Positions 11,643 through 26,103 of a stretch of 64,000 nt of DNA are shown piece after piece. The position numbers and the translations under genes were made by a program. Every line of letters begins with the position of its first letter. The stretch's first letter is position 1. The stretch is from Callorhinchus milii. Its lineage: Eukaryota. The notes under the pieces were generated by a model. The model was given only the letters and a program-made list of their open reading frames with translations, searched no databases and was not told the origin of the DNA. Where the stretch lies: assembly GCF_018977255.1 (NCBI RefSeq), contig NW_024704743.1, forward strand, positions 55,058,001-55,122,000, in the 5' to 3' direction.

Positions 11643-14546
11643 TGAGCCGATAGAAAAGTGCGGAAATACTTGCCCAAAATTGTGGGGAAATTTGACAAGA
11701 TTGCAGGGGCTTGATTGGTGCTATTGAGGGACATTTTACTGCCAGCCTACATTTTTTCACTTCATTGATAAAAACTAAACATGAGGAAATAACACATATT
11801 AGATTGCTGCAAATTAAAATTATTAAATCTCTTCAAGAAACACTGGGTGGCTCATGGGGGCGGGGGAGGGTGGGGGAGAGGAGACACCATGCAGGGCCAA
11901 AGGGCTTGGAGACCCAACAAAAAAAACTCAAGACCAGTGTCCTAACTGCGGGTTTACAGGAATTCACCACCCCTGACTCTCAGGGCCCGGCACCCCCCCC
12001 ACACACAGACACACACACGCACACACAGACACAGAGACACACACTCACACACAGACACAGAGAGACACACACCCACACACAGACACACACCCACACACAG
12101 ACACAGAGAGACACACACCCACACACAGACACACACCCACACACAGACACAGAGAGACACACTCCGACACAGACACAGAGAGACACACACTCACACACAG
12201 ACACAGAGAGACACACACCCACACACAGAGACACACCCACACACAGACACAGAGAGACACAGACAGACACAGAGACACACACCACACACAGACACAGAGA
12301 GAACACACCACCACACAGAGACACACCCACACACAGACACAGAGAGACACACTCCGACACAGACACAGAGAGACACACTCCGACACAGGCACAGAGAGAC
12401 ACACACCCACACACAGACACAGAGAGACACACACCCACACACAGACACAGAGAGATACACACTCACACACAGACACAGAGAGATACACACTCGCACACAG
12501 ACACAGAGAGATACACACTCGCACACAGACACTGAGAGATACACACTCACACACAGACACAGAAAGGCACACTCACACACCCACACACAGACACACACCC
12601 ACACACAGACAGAGAGACACACAGACACTGAGAGATACACACTCACACACAGACACAGAAAGGCACACTCGCACACAGACACAGAGAGATACACACTCAC
12701 ACACACACACAGACACAGAGAGATACACACTCACACACAGACACAGAAAGGCACACTCACACACAGACACAGAAAGGCACACTCACACACAGACACAGAG
12801 AGATACACACTCACACACAGACACAGAAAGGCACACTCACACACCCACACACAGACACACACCCACACACAGACAGAGAGACACACAGACACAGAGAGAC
12901 ATACCCACACACAGACACAGAGAGACACACCCACACACAGAGAGACACACCAACACACAGAGGGACACACACTCACACACAGACACAGAGACACACACCA
13001 CACACAGAGACACACACACAGACACAGAGACACACACACAGAGAGACACACACAAACACAGAGAGACCCACACACAGACAGACACACCCACACACAGACA
13101 CAGAGAGACACACTCCGACACAGACACAGAGAGACACACACTCACACACAGACACAGAGAGATACACACTCGCACACAGACACAGAGAGATACACACTCA
13201 CACACAGACACAGAAAGGCACACTCACACACAGACACACACGCACACACAGACACAGACAGAGAGACACACAGACACAGAGAGACACACCCACACACAGA
13301 CACAGAGAGATACACACTCACACACAGACACAGAAAGGCACACTCACACACAGACACACACGCACACACAGACACAGACAGAGAGACACACAGACACAGA
13401 GAGACACACCCACACACAGACACAGAGAGATACACACTCACACACAGACACAGAAAGGCACACTCACACACAGACACACACGCACACACAGACACAGACA
13501 GAGAGACACACAGACACAGAGAGACACACCCACACACAGACACAGAGAGACACACCCACACACAGACACAGAGAGACACACCCACACACAGACAGAGAGA
13601 CACACAGACACAGAGAGACACACCCACACACAGACACAGACAAACACACACCCACACACAGATACAGAGAGACACAGACACAGAGAGACCCACATTCAGA
13701 CACGGAGAGAGAGACACACAAACACACAGACACAGAAAGAGAGACACACCCACACACAGACACAGAGAGTCACACACACAGACACAGAGAGACCCACACA
13801 CAGACACGGAGAGAGAGACACACCCACACACAGACACAGAGAGACACACCCACACACAGACACAGAGAGACACACCCACACACAGACACAGAGAGACACA
13901 CAGACACACACACCCACACAGACATAGAGAGACACACACCCACACAGAGAGACACACACCCACACACAGACACTGAGACAGACACATACCCACACACAGA
14001 CACAGAGAGACACACAGATACAGAGAGACACAGACACAGAGAGCCACACACAGACACAGAGAGACACACAGATACAGAGAGACACACCCACACACAGACA
14101 CAGAGAGACACACAGACACACACCCACACAGACATAGAGAGACACACACCCACACAGAGAGACACACACCCACACACAGACACTGAGAGAGACACATACC
14201 CACACACAGACATAGAGCGACACACACACAGACAGACACAGAGAGAGACAGACACACATAGACACTCACAAACACATGGAGAGAGACGCAGTCAAACACA
14301 ACAGCGGGGCCTCAGAGTGGAACGAAGCCCATTTGCCGCTTGTGCCACACTGCACGTGTGCGCCCGGAGCTGTCCTGCCCACAGTGACGTCAGGTAAACA
14401 GCGCGAGAGACCCCCCCCCCACCAGCTCACTGTGTGGACACAGAGGCCTGGGGCCAGAAACTACATTCCTAGCGGGTTTACAGCAGAGGCCGTTGCTTAT
14501 AGTGGATTCCGCGGAAAAATTGCGCCCGCACTTTTCTGTTGGCCCA
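11643..14546. mobile_element. Non-autonomous TIR DNA element, full-length copy with expanded microsatellite
   Basis: TIRs tgagccgatagaaaagtgcgg (11643-11663) and ccgcacttttctgttggccca (14526-14546), 18/21 complementary; homologous to 1-707 and 60958-61314. Confidence 0.8.
12000..14290. repeat. Compound (CA)n/(GA)n microsatellite with higher-order units such as cacacacagacacagagaga
   Basis: Directly visible; it generates all the C/V/S/L- and T/H/R-rich pseudo-ORFs. Confidence 0.98.
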
Positions 14547-16137
14547 GGTTACATGGTGTGAATCCCCTACACTGCGCCCACTCGATCCCGTGCACTAGAT
14601 GGATTTCATGCATGAGCAGGAAACAGGAAGCTAGATTAGCGCTGACCTGATGACTCAGATGTTGGCCATTTTTCTTTTCACACGGGACTCAGTCAGTGCA
14701 CAGCGAGCCAGCCAGACGAACGCATGTGCGGTGACAGCAGCTATTGGCTTTGTTGTAGTGGGTTGAGATTTTAGAGATTTCAACCACCAGGTCTGGTCCT
14801 GCTTTAATTCACTTAATGCTTTTTACACCAGAAAAAATGAGCAACTCCAAACATTGGTACAAAACCATTTCTTTTACTAGCCTTGCATTCCTGCTTCAAC
14901 CTCTTTGAATTAAAATCACTGTGGCAGCTACTACAGGGCAACCTTGTTAGAACTTCCCCTGGTTGAGCACGGCTGCACTTAGGGTCAGGTATACTGTGGA
15001 TCTGCACTTATTGGTCCTCACAAGTCGGCTTACTGCACTAACAATGGCCAAATTCCAAGTAGTTAGGTCGTCACTGACATTGCATACCTATGCGTTATGT
15101 GCACATAAGATATTCACAGGGAATGTCGATATCGCTACTGGCATGCTACATGCAGGAAGCACCGCTGACATCACTTTCTTGAGCCTCATGGGCGTGTTGT
15201 GTGCAAGAAAAACATTTGTGGTCACTTTATGAAGAAATTGATGTTCCTTCACAAAGTTCAGGGTATTAAGGGATAGGGGGCATGGTCGGGTAACTGGACT
15301 TGAGGTACAGATCAGCCATGAACTTAAAAAATGGCAGAACAGGCTCGAGGGCTGAATAACCTATTCTTGTTTATATCTTAGCGGTATTTCCTGCTCATAG
15401 TGCGTAATACCCATTAAGTGACATTAGGGGCGATTTGGTGATAAAGCGGTAGGATATTTTTGCGTGCTTTGGTTATACGGCCTGAGATATTGGATCCAGA
15501 TGACTACATTATAGTATGGTTGGCCTGAATTTCTGGGCTGACATGCTCTGTCTGTTGTCTTCAAGGGAGATCAGTAGTATTTTAAAGAGAATGAAGGAAG
15601 GCTGGAAAGAAATGGTAAGCCATAGATTATCAAATCGTTGAAATTATAAAGCACAGCAAAAAATGATTGGGCAAGCTAAGAGCACAGCCCCCACCTGGTT
15701 TACATAACGTCTGTTGCTTCATTCCCCAGGCCAAGCTCCATTTGATTTCAGAGGCTATGACTAAAACTGTGAATCAGACACAAGGAAGAAGTGGTTCGAC
15801 CACAGCCTCCAGCTAACTAAGAACAGAATTGTTTGGTGGGTAATAAAGCAGGAGGAGAGCTGTGGCTTCATGAGGGACACGTATAGAGGAAAGGAGGAAG
15901 TAGGTCAAGGGAGACAGACAAAGAGACCCGAAGATGGAATGGGACAGTGGATTGAAGAAGAGATAAAAAGGAATGACAACTGGTAGGGTAGTGAATGCTG
16001 GGAGCAAGTGCAGTGCATTTCTGGAATCACACGGATCTACTGTGGTCTCACTAATAGTAGACCCACACTATAAGTGACCTTATGATAAACCAATACGCCT
16101 TATGATAGGTTTGCCCTATATCTACCTTATCATCTGT

Positions 16138-16507
16138 GTGGAGTCCTGTAGCTCAGTGGTTGGAGCACTCGCCTCGCAAGGAAGAGGACTTGGTGGATTT
16201 GATTCCCGGACAGGACAAAATGTTGGACAAGTTTCCTTACTCCACACGCCTTTGTAAGTAGGAACCCAGTTGATAGTCAATTGGTAGATCACTTTTCTGG
16301 AGGTAATAATCTCTTCAAAAATAATAATAATTTGTTCTCTCAATCCACGACTGTTTGTGGAACACTGCTGTGTGCAATTGGCTGCCGTGTTTTGCCCACA
16401 AAATATACAGTCAATTCTCTTTACAGTATACTCTGTGAAACGCTTTGAAATGTCTCGAAGATGTGATAAGGTACTGTATCAAATGCAAGGATTATTATTA
16501 TTATTAT
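16138..16507 (+). mobile_element. SINE family A, full length
   Basis: gtggagtcctgtagctcagtgg head through the aaatgcaaggattattatt tail. Confidence 0.9.
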
Positions 16508-17174
16508 CTTCCAACTCAAGCACCAAATGGTTTCTAAAATGAAACCCAGTGTCCTGGTCTCTGCAGCAGTGCCTATGATCACTCCCACTTTCCCTTGCTC
16601 AGCATCCAACCTTGTCATTGCTACAACATTCCAAGATTATATCCAACATGAAGTGCTCTATATAAATGTAAGATGTTGTTGTGCAGCTCTTCCTGATAAT
16701 TACCCTCTGTGTAAAGATATACTTCCTGTTGTGTCTTGAAGTTGGCTTTCCCAGACCTGAATCTGTCATATTGCACAGGTGAAACAGAAATAATTGTTTT
16801 GGCTTTAGTTCCTCCAACCCATGGAGCATGTTTTATACCTCTGTATATTTCCTTAGATTTGGAAGAAAGCCAGATTGACATCATGTACAAGTAATTTGAG
16901 CAGTTGGGTTCAAATACTTAAACCAAAATTCTGATGAAAGGCTTTTGCATTGTGATAGAAACTGAGTATAATGTGATTCTAAGAAGTGGAGTCCCATCTG
17001 GACCTTCATTACCCACTTAGGTGCTGATCAGGAGATAGAAGAAACTACCACCAAAAGCTTGTCCTTAAAAAATCCCGCAGAGGCTCATTGACTGAATTTG
17101 TGGATGTTCTCAGTTCATCTGCACATCCTAATGAATATCCACATCACATGTTTATTGGTGGAGTTTACTGCCTC

Positions 17175-17437
17175 CACTTTACTGGCTCCAGCCTCCTGCA
17201 TGTTGCCCATGCCCTCTGTTCCACCATTGGTTGCCTCGCTTTCAGCCACTACGCCCCGAAATTCTGGAACACTCTTCCTTTATCACTCTGCCTTGCTCCT
17301 TCCTTCAAATCATGCCTGAAGATCAACCTCTTCGATCGTGCCTACGGTCACCTCCCCCTCCCCACTGCTCACCATTGTGTGCTCTGGGACGCTAGGCTGC
17401 ATGAGTCGTGTTATATAAATGCAATTTGTTGTTGTTG
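17175..17437 (+). mobile_element. L2 3' fragment
   Basis: AFSHYAPKFWNTLPLSLCLAPSFKSCLKINLFDRAY plus tail. Confidence 0.8.
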
Positions 17438-18428
17438 AGTAGATGAAGGGGAGAGAACAGGAAGGGAAAATTTCCTGTCATACATTTAAAACAATTATAC
17501 TCTCCAAAATCTAAACTGAGAAACAGAGTTGAAGAATATCGCATTGAATTCCTTCTCTTTACACACACTCGCTTAATGAATGTTTTACTCGGATTTTCCC
17601 CATTGGTAAATCAAAGCAGCACTGCAAAAATTAAGACTGCTCTCATTCTATTTGTTTAAAACAGTAAAGTAATAACTCGTGACTGAGCAAGTGTAAGCAC
17701 ACTGTCCTTTTAGCTGTGGTCTGGGTTCAATTCAAGGCTATGTTAATGGCATAAAATTCTCCTCTCTATGCTGGATGTAAACATATTACACAAAATGAGC
17801 TGGGACAATCTTATCAGTTTCTCCTCATGAGCTTGGGTCCATTGCAAAGTCAGACAGTCCTTATTTGTGACGAAGGGCCCTATCCACACTACTAATCTTT
17901 CTTTCTCTTCCAGATGTTGATCCATCCACTGGCATTTCCAGCCTTTTCTATTATTTCAGATTAATAATAATCACCTTTATATTTGGCATACATTTCATGT
18001 CAGGAAAATGTTCAAAACATTTCACAGGTTCAGGGGATATACTGTAAAGTGTAGTGACTGTGTGTGCTTTGTGGACAAACACCATTGCAAGTGATTTCCA
18101 GCATTCTGACATATTCTCTATATCTCTCCATCGTCTTCCTTAAATATTTCATCAGCTGCTCCAGACATAGAGAGGAAAACCTCCAAGTGGGAGTTCACTC
18201 TATAGCCTGAGAGCAGGGGAGGAGACCCCCAAGGAATGAAGAGTCATGGTCATTTGGCCTCGGTCACCCCACCCTTGGGAAGTTTGAAGGGATGATTTGT
18301 TGTAGTATGGGAGGTGTTATTTTTAATCTAGGCTCATCAGTCCAGTCAAAAGATTTGCCTGCAGATGAACAGACCCCTCAAAGATTAAAAAAAGGTTGAA
18401 AGAATTCCAGTTTTGAAGGCAGTAATAA

Positions 18429-18880
18429 GGTGTCAGCTAGGCTCAGATTTTAGCACTCTCACCTCTGGCTCGGAAGATTGTGGGTTCACACCCCCACATT
18501 GGGATTCTGAACTTCTTGTGTAGGCTGACACTCCATTATAGTGCTAGGGGTGTCCTGGATGTCTGAGGTCCTTTCTGCCTGTTCAGGTGGACGTTAAAGA
18601 TCCCATAGCGCTTATAATCACCAGATAGCAATGGCTATTCACTTCCTGGCTGTTTGTGTGATATTTCTTGACATTTGCAGCACACAAATTGTCTACCATT
18701 TTTTGTAGTTTCTTCTATGAATATAGGCACTACACTTTACACCCTCCGAAAAGCCATTCCACATGAAGAGCGCTATAAAAATGCAAGTTGTCGTCGTTTG
18801 CCGTTTAAAATCCTGTGAAGTGTTTTGAGACATCGATGATGTGTTAAAAGCGCTATATCAAATGCAATGATTATTATTCA
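18429..18880 (+). mobile_element. SINE family B (SacSINE1-like), diverged
   Basis: ggtgtcagctaggctcag...caggtggacgttaaagatcccatagc. Confidence 0.75.
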
Positions 18881-20973
18881 GATTATAATCAGAGGAACTA
18901 TATTTACAAAGTCTGATTCCACACTCTATTTCAAAATTTCAACTATTTGCATCATTTAATGAGACTTCCTGAATGAATAGTTGTAACAATGCTGGATCAT
19001 TTATAACTAAAGCACTCCCGTGCTTCCTAGTACTAAATGAGGCATATTTTTGGAAACATACACTGACCATCAATTCAGTACAATACTTTGGCAGATGCAT
19101 TTTCTGCTGACTAGCAAGACGGGCTTATTGTTAAGCACAGAAATAGAAACAAAAACAGAACCACATGCACGGGTGAGAAGGAAAGCTGTTATGCCCCAAA
19201 AAATATTTTAAGAGAAGACACAGTAAATCTTGGAAATCCACTTCGAATTCTGGATAACTCTTACAAATTTCAGTCGGTTTGTAGGCTTTAAACACCTTTG
19301 TAACTCTAGTCATGGCACACATAACCTAACTGCTGAGTTCCAGTTAAACTTGCTGGGCAACAAACAAGAGAAATAAATAGACACTCAGCAGATTTTCATT
19401 TTTCAATGGTTATAAAATCATCACAAAAGTAATACATCAATAATACAACCTCATCTGAAGATCTTACCTTCTAATAATATAATAATATAGAGCTTACCTT
19501 ATAATAATATTTTAATATAGAGCTAACCTTGTTTTATATCTATTCCACAGTTGACCAAAACACAATTGGATCCACGGTCAATGTTTTATACAAGAAAGGT
19601 GTTGTATAAATAGGGTATATGTCACCATCCTGCACATACGTTCTGTAGTTATTTAAGGGGAAGAATTCTACAGTGCAAAATCAAGCACTTCATCCTTCAC
19701 AATTATTATCCTACATATTTCAGCGCTTTGGGACGTCCTTCCGACGTGGAAGGTGCTCTACAAATTTAATTTTGTCGTTGTTGTTGTATTAGGAATAATG
19801 TCAACAACACTTTGCCATAACATTATAGGAACAATGCATTTTAAGTATATTGCAGACCATTGGACTTAGCTAATGTCAGCCACAGATGCAGTCATGTGAA
19901 TGTCTTTGCCAGAAAAGGTATCGAGAAATGAGAAGGAAGTTAATCCAAAGCAGCCAGCCTTTAAATACTGTGGGGTCAGAAGAACATGCAGTATGGCTCA
20001 CTTGCCACTTGGGTATTTGCAGACTGGCAATTTTAAATCAGCGTCTAGAGAAGAATGACACTGAAACATTAAATGATCCCAGGAATCATCAGAGTCCACC
20101 ATTTGCACCAAAATGTCCCAAAGGGTGTTGCGGCAAAGGGTTAGTGAGCAATTACAATGATCAAGGGCAGAACAGTAATGTGCATTATTTTCCTATATTA
20201 ACCAATAACCAAAAAAAATGCAATATAAAAGTTTCCAAATTCAAATTCAGTTAATTTGAAAGCAACTGGTGGACTACCATCAGCAACAAACTACATTTGT
20301 ATAGTGCATTTCACATCGGGAGACTAAATGTCCCAGGTTCAGGTCAGTGTGACTTTGGATTATTCTAACATGTACTTTGTGCTGTAAAATACTCGTTCAG
20401 CACATATATTTCAGTTTATGATTCAGGACATTCAACAAACAGTGAAATCGACATCAGGCACAGAGGAAGAACCAGCATGAAGGATCACAGTGAGAGGACA
20501 CCTTGCTGTATCATTACCAATTTGAGGACCTCAAGAATAATTACAGATCAGTGATAACAGATAGGTGAAATGTAGGAACTGGACAAATTGTTTTTGAACT
20601 CATGAGATCTGCTCCCAAGTTTAAATGTGGAAATACCAACTGGTAGAGGTATCACAGCAGGCATCTACATTTTAAATTATAAATACTTCCAGCTTGGTTT
20701 TCCATATTAAAAATGTACACCTATGAAAATGAGTTATTAGTAACGGTACCATTTTGCTACAAATGCTATTGATTTAAATTTAGCCGTAATACAGACGATA
20801 GACTCTTTTGTAGATTGAAAGTGAAAGGTGAAGGAAACACCAATTTGAGCAGGACTTAAAGTTGGCTTGAATTTCAGGCGCAGGTGTAAGATTATTAAAA
20901 CACTGGAAAACAAAGCAATACGAATAATTTTGAGGGTTCACTTGATTGGAAATAACTAAATGAATAGACTTAC

Positions 20974-21063
20974 TTGATGAAATCCTAGGTAGTCCTGGAT
21001 GGTGGAAGATGTGTAAAATACTAAGCCTTCAGCAGTAATCACCAACACAAATCCATTCAGAGC
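20974..21063 (-). CDS. AHR: AHR coding exon (equivalent to human exon 4; PAS-A start)
   Basis: Minus strand ttttttgttccccag|GCT CTG AAT GGA...TTT CAT CAA|gtaagt; 90 nt; [30 protein letters not shown], the hallmark AHR PAS-A segment (human [30 protein letters not shown]). Confidence 0.98.
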
Positions 21064-21809
21064 CTGGGGAACAAAAAAGAAAACATGGTAACACCAAACC
21101 CATTATTGCTCACAAGAATTATTCACTCACAAAATACACAGTCAATCCACTTTACAATATATTCTGTGAAGTGCTTTGAGACGTCTGAACGATACGATAA
21201 GGCATTATATCAAATGCAGGGATTATTATTATTATGATTGCTCACAAGAGGAAGAAAATATCTTACAAAATAAACAGTCGCCATACGTGAGTGAAATGGA
21301 CAACTAATTGAGGGAGCGGAGCAGAATTGTAAACTCAGATTGTTTTAAGAATTTTAAACATCAATGTTTTAAACATCTGGATTCAATTTGCTTATTTTTT
21401 TGTGCACAATGTGATCGGTTTTAAAATGTTTTAAAAATGTCCTTCCTTGCTTCAAAACAATTATTTCTTACCATCAAGCAAATACTTACTGTAACAGTAG
21501 GAACAGATTTGGAGTGAAAGATATAAACATACACCTAAAAAGAGACTAATGGGGGAGGATATCATATCTTCGTGAAACAGATATGTCCATTTCCATCAGG
21601 GAAAACTTGCACTAACCACTATTGAATATGTCTTTGTCTTTTCATAAATTTACACAAGTGCCTTACACATTGACCGTTACTAATTTGAATTAATAAACCT
21701 TGATTAATTGTACAAGATTTGTGTCAGTCTTTACTTCACCGCAGGATTAAATTGGACATCTTACAGAAGGAATAAACCAGTATATAGTTAAGACAAAATG
21801 ATGACAAAA

Positions 21810-22146
21810 ATTACACAAGCCTTTATCACATCCAGGCCTGACTACACCAATACTCTGCTCCCTGGACTCCCCAGTTGTTCCCTACACAAGATGCAGATTA
21901 TCCAGACCTCTGCAGTCCAAGTCCTCTCCGGCACCAGGCTCTGTGAGCTAATCACTCACATACTTGCTCAGCTCCATTGGCTCCCCATCTCCCAGAGGAT
22001 CGAGTTCAAGATCCCCATTCTCACCACTAAATTCCATCACAGCCTTGTCACAACCATACCAAGCTAGCCTTCACTCATTAAGCACCAAGCTGCTTCATGT
22101 CCCCCACCCTATCGGCCCCACAATTAGCAGGAGGACTTTCAGACAT
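21810..22146 (+). mobile_element. L2 LINE ORF2 C-terminal fragment
   Basis: Translates QAFITSRPDYTNTLLPGLP...LHWLPISQRIEFKIPIL, the typical L2 post-RT region. Confidence 0.85.
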
Positions 22147-22639
22147 TAATTAATAAGCAAATTAATAAAAATTAATTAAGCAACATTAAGCAAATGAATA
22201 AAAATCGCTTTGCTGAAAATTTGCATCAATCTGTAATCAATTTGTGAAATACTGAAAGTTAAAAACGTTAAACACAAAAAGACTTGATCTTAAAACGAAA
22301 GAAACTTAAACTACGAACTGAGAAACATCATCTTTGATGTATGGAACATTTTCTAGTTTTTCTTTCCCAATTTACCTAAAATAATGATTGATATTGGCTT
22401 ATGATAGAAGTAAATTAATCAACTGTACCTTGCTTCCCAAAATAGTATTCTAGTTAGGGGGCAGGGGATTTAGACATTGGGGGAAGACAAGATTGACTGA
22501 TAGCTCCATGAGTTAGTTGACTACAATTGACTATTACATGCCAAAACTCACTCTTCAACTCACACACAAGAAAATGGACACTAGGATAAGGTATTGAGGA
22601 TACTGCCTAACGAATGGTATTCCATTTTAGTGATTTTTT

Positions 22640-22852
22640 TAATATGGGAGATGTTGGGATATGGAATGCCCTGCCAAGGCAGTAAAAGCAGAGTTCTTTG
22701 TGGGTTTCAAGAGGGAAAAAGAGAAATATATAATGGTTAAAGGCTTGAAGGGATATGAGAATTGGGTGAGTTAGTAGGATTGAATAGACAGCTTGCAGAT
22801 TTAATGGGCCAAATTGCCTCTTTCTGTGCTGTGAATTTCTATGATTCTATGG
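22640..22852 (+). mobile_element. CR1 3' fragment, diverged
   Basis: tggaatgccctgcc...atgggccaaattgcctctttctgtgctgtgaatttctatgattctatg. Confidence 0.7.
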
Positions 22853-22943
22853 TTTCAGGAGAGGAAGAATTTGGGAGAAAATCAGAGGGAAGAAAAGATC
22901 CAAAATGTAAATCATGCCTTAAGCGGTCTGAGTTTAGAGAAAA

Positions 22944-23417
22944 TCCCCGTCCCCATCCCCCAGAGGATTGATTTCAAGATCCTCATCCTCACCTACAAGG
23001 CCATTCACGGCCTTGCTCCCTCCTACCTCTCCAACCTACTATCCCCCTACCTACCTGCCCGTACCCTCCGTTCCTCTGGCTCCGGTCTGCTCCACGTCCC
23101 CCGCCCCAACCGCCCTACCATCGGTGGTCGGGCCTTCAGCCTCTCAGCCCCCAGGCTCTGGAACTCCATCCCCCAGTGCCTTCGCCTTGCTTCCTCCCTT
23201 TCCTCCTTCAAGGCCGGTCTCAAAACCTTTCTCTTTGACCGTGCCTTCAGCTCCCCTCTCGACTCTCTTCCTCCTCTTCGCTCCCTCCCTTCCCTCCCCT
23301 CACCCTGACCATTTCCCCCCTGCTCGGGTCATGACCCAACTGTGCAGCGCCTTGGGACGTCCTCCTGACGTGAAAGGCGCTCTATAAATGGAATCTTGTT
23401 GTTGTTGTTGTTGTTGA
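22944..23417 (+). mobile_element. L2 LINE 3' end (young)
   Basis: PIPQRIDFKILILTYKAIHGLAPSYLSNLL...GRAFSLSAPRLWNSIP...FKAGLKTFLFDRAF; 3' UTR ...gacgtgaaaggcgctctataaat and (gtt)n tail. Confidence 0.93.
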
Positions 23418-23574
23418 GTTAGTTGTGCCAAGGGAAATCATTTTAAGAATACAACTACAGTAACCAATTACTTGAATCAGTATGAAATCGGTGAGTGCCA
23501 AAATTAGATAGACATGACTATTCTCACAGTAGGCCTATTCAATGTAAACCTGTTAAGGTAGTAAGGTATTTTAG

Positions 23575-23860
23575 GAAGCACTGCATCATGAGAAGTGCTG
23601 TCCTTCGAACGGCATATTAAGCTAAAATCCCGTCTGTCTGTTCAGGATGATGTTTAAGATCCCATAGCACTATTTGAAAAGAGAAGAGAGTTTCTCCCAG
23701 TGTCGTGGCCAACAATCCTCTAATTTAAAAAAAAATGGTCATTCACTTCATGACCGTTTGAGGAATGTTTCTGGATGGAATTCATCTGCTACTTTCAGCT
23801 ACAAATACAATATATTACTACATTTTACAATAAACACTTTGATATGTTGCAATGTGATAA
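23575..23860 (+). mobile_element. SINE family B fragment
   Basis: aagatcccatagcactatttgaaaagagaagagagtttctcccagtgtc core. Confidence 0.7.
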
Positions 23861-25899
23861 GGCAGAGGTGAGAATGGCTCTTGATACATTTCTAACAGTA
23901 AACAAAGTGAGCACAAGAATGTTACACCAATATGTTTTGGATCCATGATTAGAAGGCTAAAATAAGTTCAGTTTGAAAACAAATTCAACTCATATTTTAA
24001 TATTTGATTCAATACGGTCAAGTAATCCCCAGACAGGACAATACCCCTGGTTCATGTTGCCTTCTTCATCTTGCAGTCACAGATTTTATTTCAGATTCAG
24101 GGAAAACTTTAAGAATCTTCCCTAAAAAAATGGCAGACTATCTAGACCTCTGCAGCCCATCCTTTTCTGCGCCAGGCTCCGCAAGCCTATCACTCTCTTG
24201 GAAGTCGAGCCAATACTGATAAGCACTTTGGGATGTCCTCCAACCATGAATGACGCCATATAAATGTAAATTTGAAGTATATTGTTTCATGATCGTAAAT
24301 TTTTCTCAGTGTAAATTTAACAGCTGATAAATTACATTACCAATCTAAACCTTAACTGTCTTAAAAACAAGTTATTATTTTAATTTTTATGGGTGTAGCA
24401 GGAAAAAAGGTTTTGGTTGAAAACTTCAAGATAAATGTCTTTGCACAGATATTGGATGATTAAGGACAAGAACCACTTTTAACATTACAGAATGAAACTC
24501 TTGGTTTTTGGTGTACACTTCAGATGATGAGAACTGGTAATATGTGACAGGGAGAGGACATTAGTCATCTAAATTTAGATCAATCAATTGCACATTATGC
24601 AGTTTTCATCAACAATTGGCCATTCTCTGCTGAAGTCATCACAGTTTACAGAAGCTTTGCCAAGAGTTTTAAGACATTCCTGACTTTATGCTAAATGCAA
24701 GGATTATTGTTATTCAAAATGAGGCAAACCAGAAACTTTCACACATACTGTAAACCATACAAAGTTGATCATTCATTAGGATCATTGTAATTGCCAGCAA
24801 GTCTTAGTGTCTGCCTTAAGCAGAACCTCCAAAATCTTCTCTCCCTTTTTTTTGGAAAGCATAACATGGAATATTAACTTTACATTCATTTGAAACTTTA
24901 CAGTACATTCTGTGAAGCGTTTTGGGAGGTCTAAAAGATGCGAAAAGCACTATATCAAATGCAAGGATTTTTATTATTTAATTGCACAGAACTGATCTAA
25001 TTCATAACTCATCATCAGTACATAATGTTAAACCAATTTTACCTGGGTCACTGAACACAAACAATATGGTGCTCCTTTACTCAGTATATTAAAACACTAC
25101 ACAGTTACCAACACACATTTTTTGTATGGGCTACCTAGGCTTGAAATAATCAAGCGAAAAGAGGATAAACTACAATCGGGAATGAGGTTCAGAATTAGCA
25201 AAGAAAGAACAAGACATCTTCTCGATGTGAGCAATGCAATTACCATCCCATAAACTATAGGATAACAGATAGCTGGCACCCAAGTTGCAGGCTGTAATTC
25301 AATACAGGCATTCTGATGCTATTGTAAACCCCAAGTCAAACAGTTTATCAATGTCAATAGAGCCCACGGATTGAGTTGTAGCCTTGTAATTAACTATCAG
25401 CTATTTGCTGTAGACTAAAATTATTATTTTAATTAAGGTTTTTATTTGCCCTACCATTGTACTTGATGTGACTACTCTCTTGTGGGGGTGGGGGAATGGG
25501 AAGCGAGAGAAAGAGAGAGGTACACAGGGTCTATATGGGCTGAGCTGGCTCTTAGGCGATATACCTGCCATTGGGAGATTACCCAATCCACCCAAAAAAA
25601 ACAATAATAATTTGGTCACTCAATCCACGAATGTTTGTGGGACACTGCTGTGTGCAATTGGCTGCCGTGTTTTGCCCACAAATGTTGCGTTTTGCCTGCA
25701 TGATGTTGCATTGAGAGCACTGTTTGGCAAACTTCCCACTGCTTGTCCAGTTAGGGCCAACCATACCTATTGGTACACAATGGTAAGTTGTGTGGTTTCC
25801 GTTAGTTAAACTGGCAGTCTCAGTGAACATGCTGGGATCCCCAAGGTTTGGCCCCCTCAACTTTTGCCTGTATTCTCTGGGATTAAGTAAACAGGATTT

Positions 25900-26103
25900 G
25901 TGGAGTCCTGTAGCTCAGTGGTTAGAGCACTCACTTCACAAGATAGAGACCTGGGGTCGATTCCCAGCAGGGTGAAATGTTGGGCAAGTTTCCTTACTCC
26001 ATACACTTCTGTTTACCTAGCAGTAAGTAGGAACCCAGTTGTTAGTCGATTGGCAGATTGCTTTTCCGCTGTATCAAATTAAAGGATTATTATTATTATT
26101 TAT
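25900..26103 (+). mobile_element. SINE family A, internally deleted
   Basis: Head and first body segment joined directly to the tail. Confidence 0.85.

Larger units (their letters stand above)
1755..20973 (-). other. AHR: AHR intron between exon-4 and exon-5 equivalents (19.2 kb)
   Basis: GT...AG bounded; the flanking exons splice in frame (...GFHQ|SDII...). Confidence 0.93.

Noticed and set aside
11711..14299. Long ORFs up to 385 aa rich in C/V/S/L or T/H/R/D
   Set aside because: Translations of a stop-poor CA/GA microsatellite.
14850..14875. NGFV motif on the minus strand resembling AHR exon 4
   Set aside because: Context KASKRNGFVPMF does not match; the true exon is at 20974-21063.
19463..19530. 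Short ~30-bp tandem duplication (cttacctt...aatatagag)
   Set aside because: Ordinary slippage duplication; its donor-like motifs have no associated exon.
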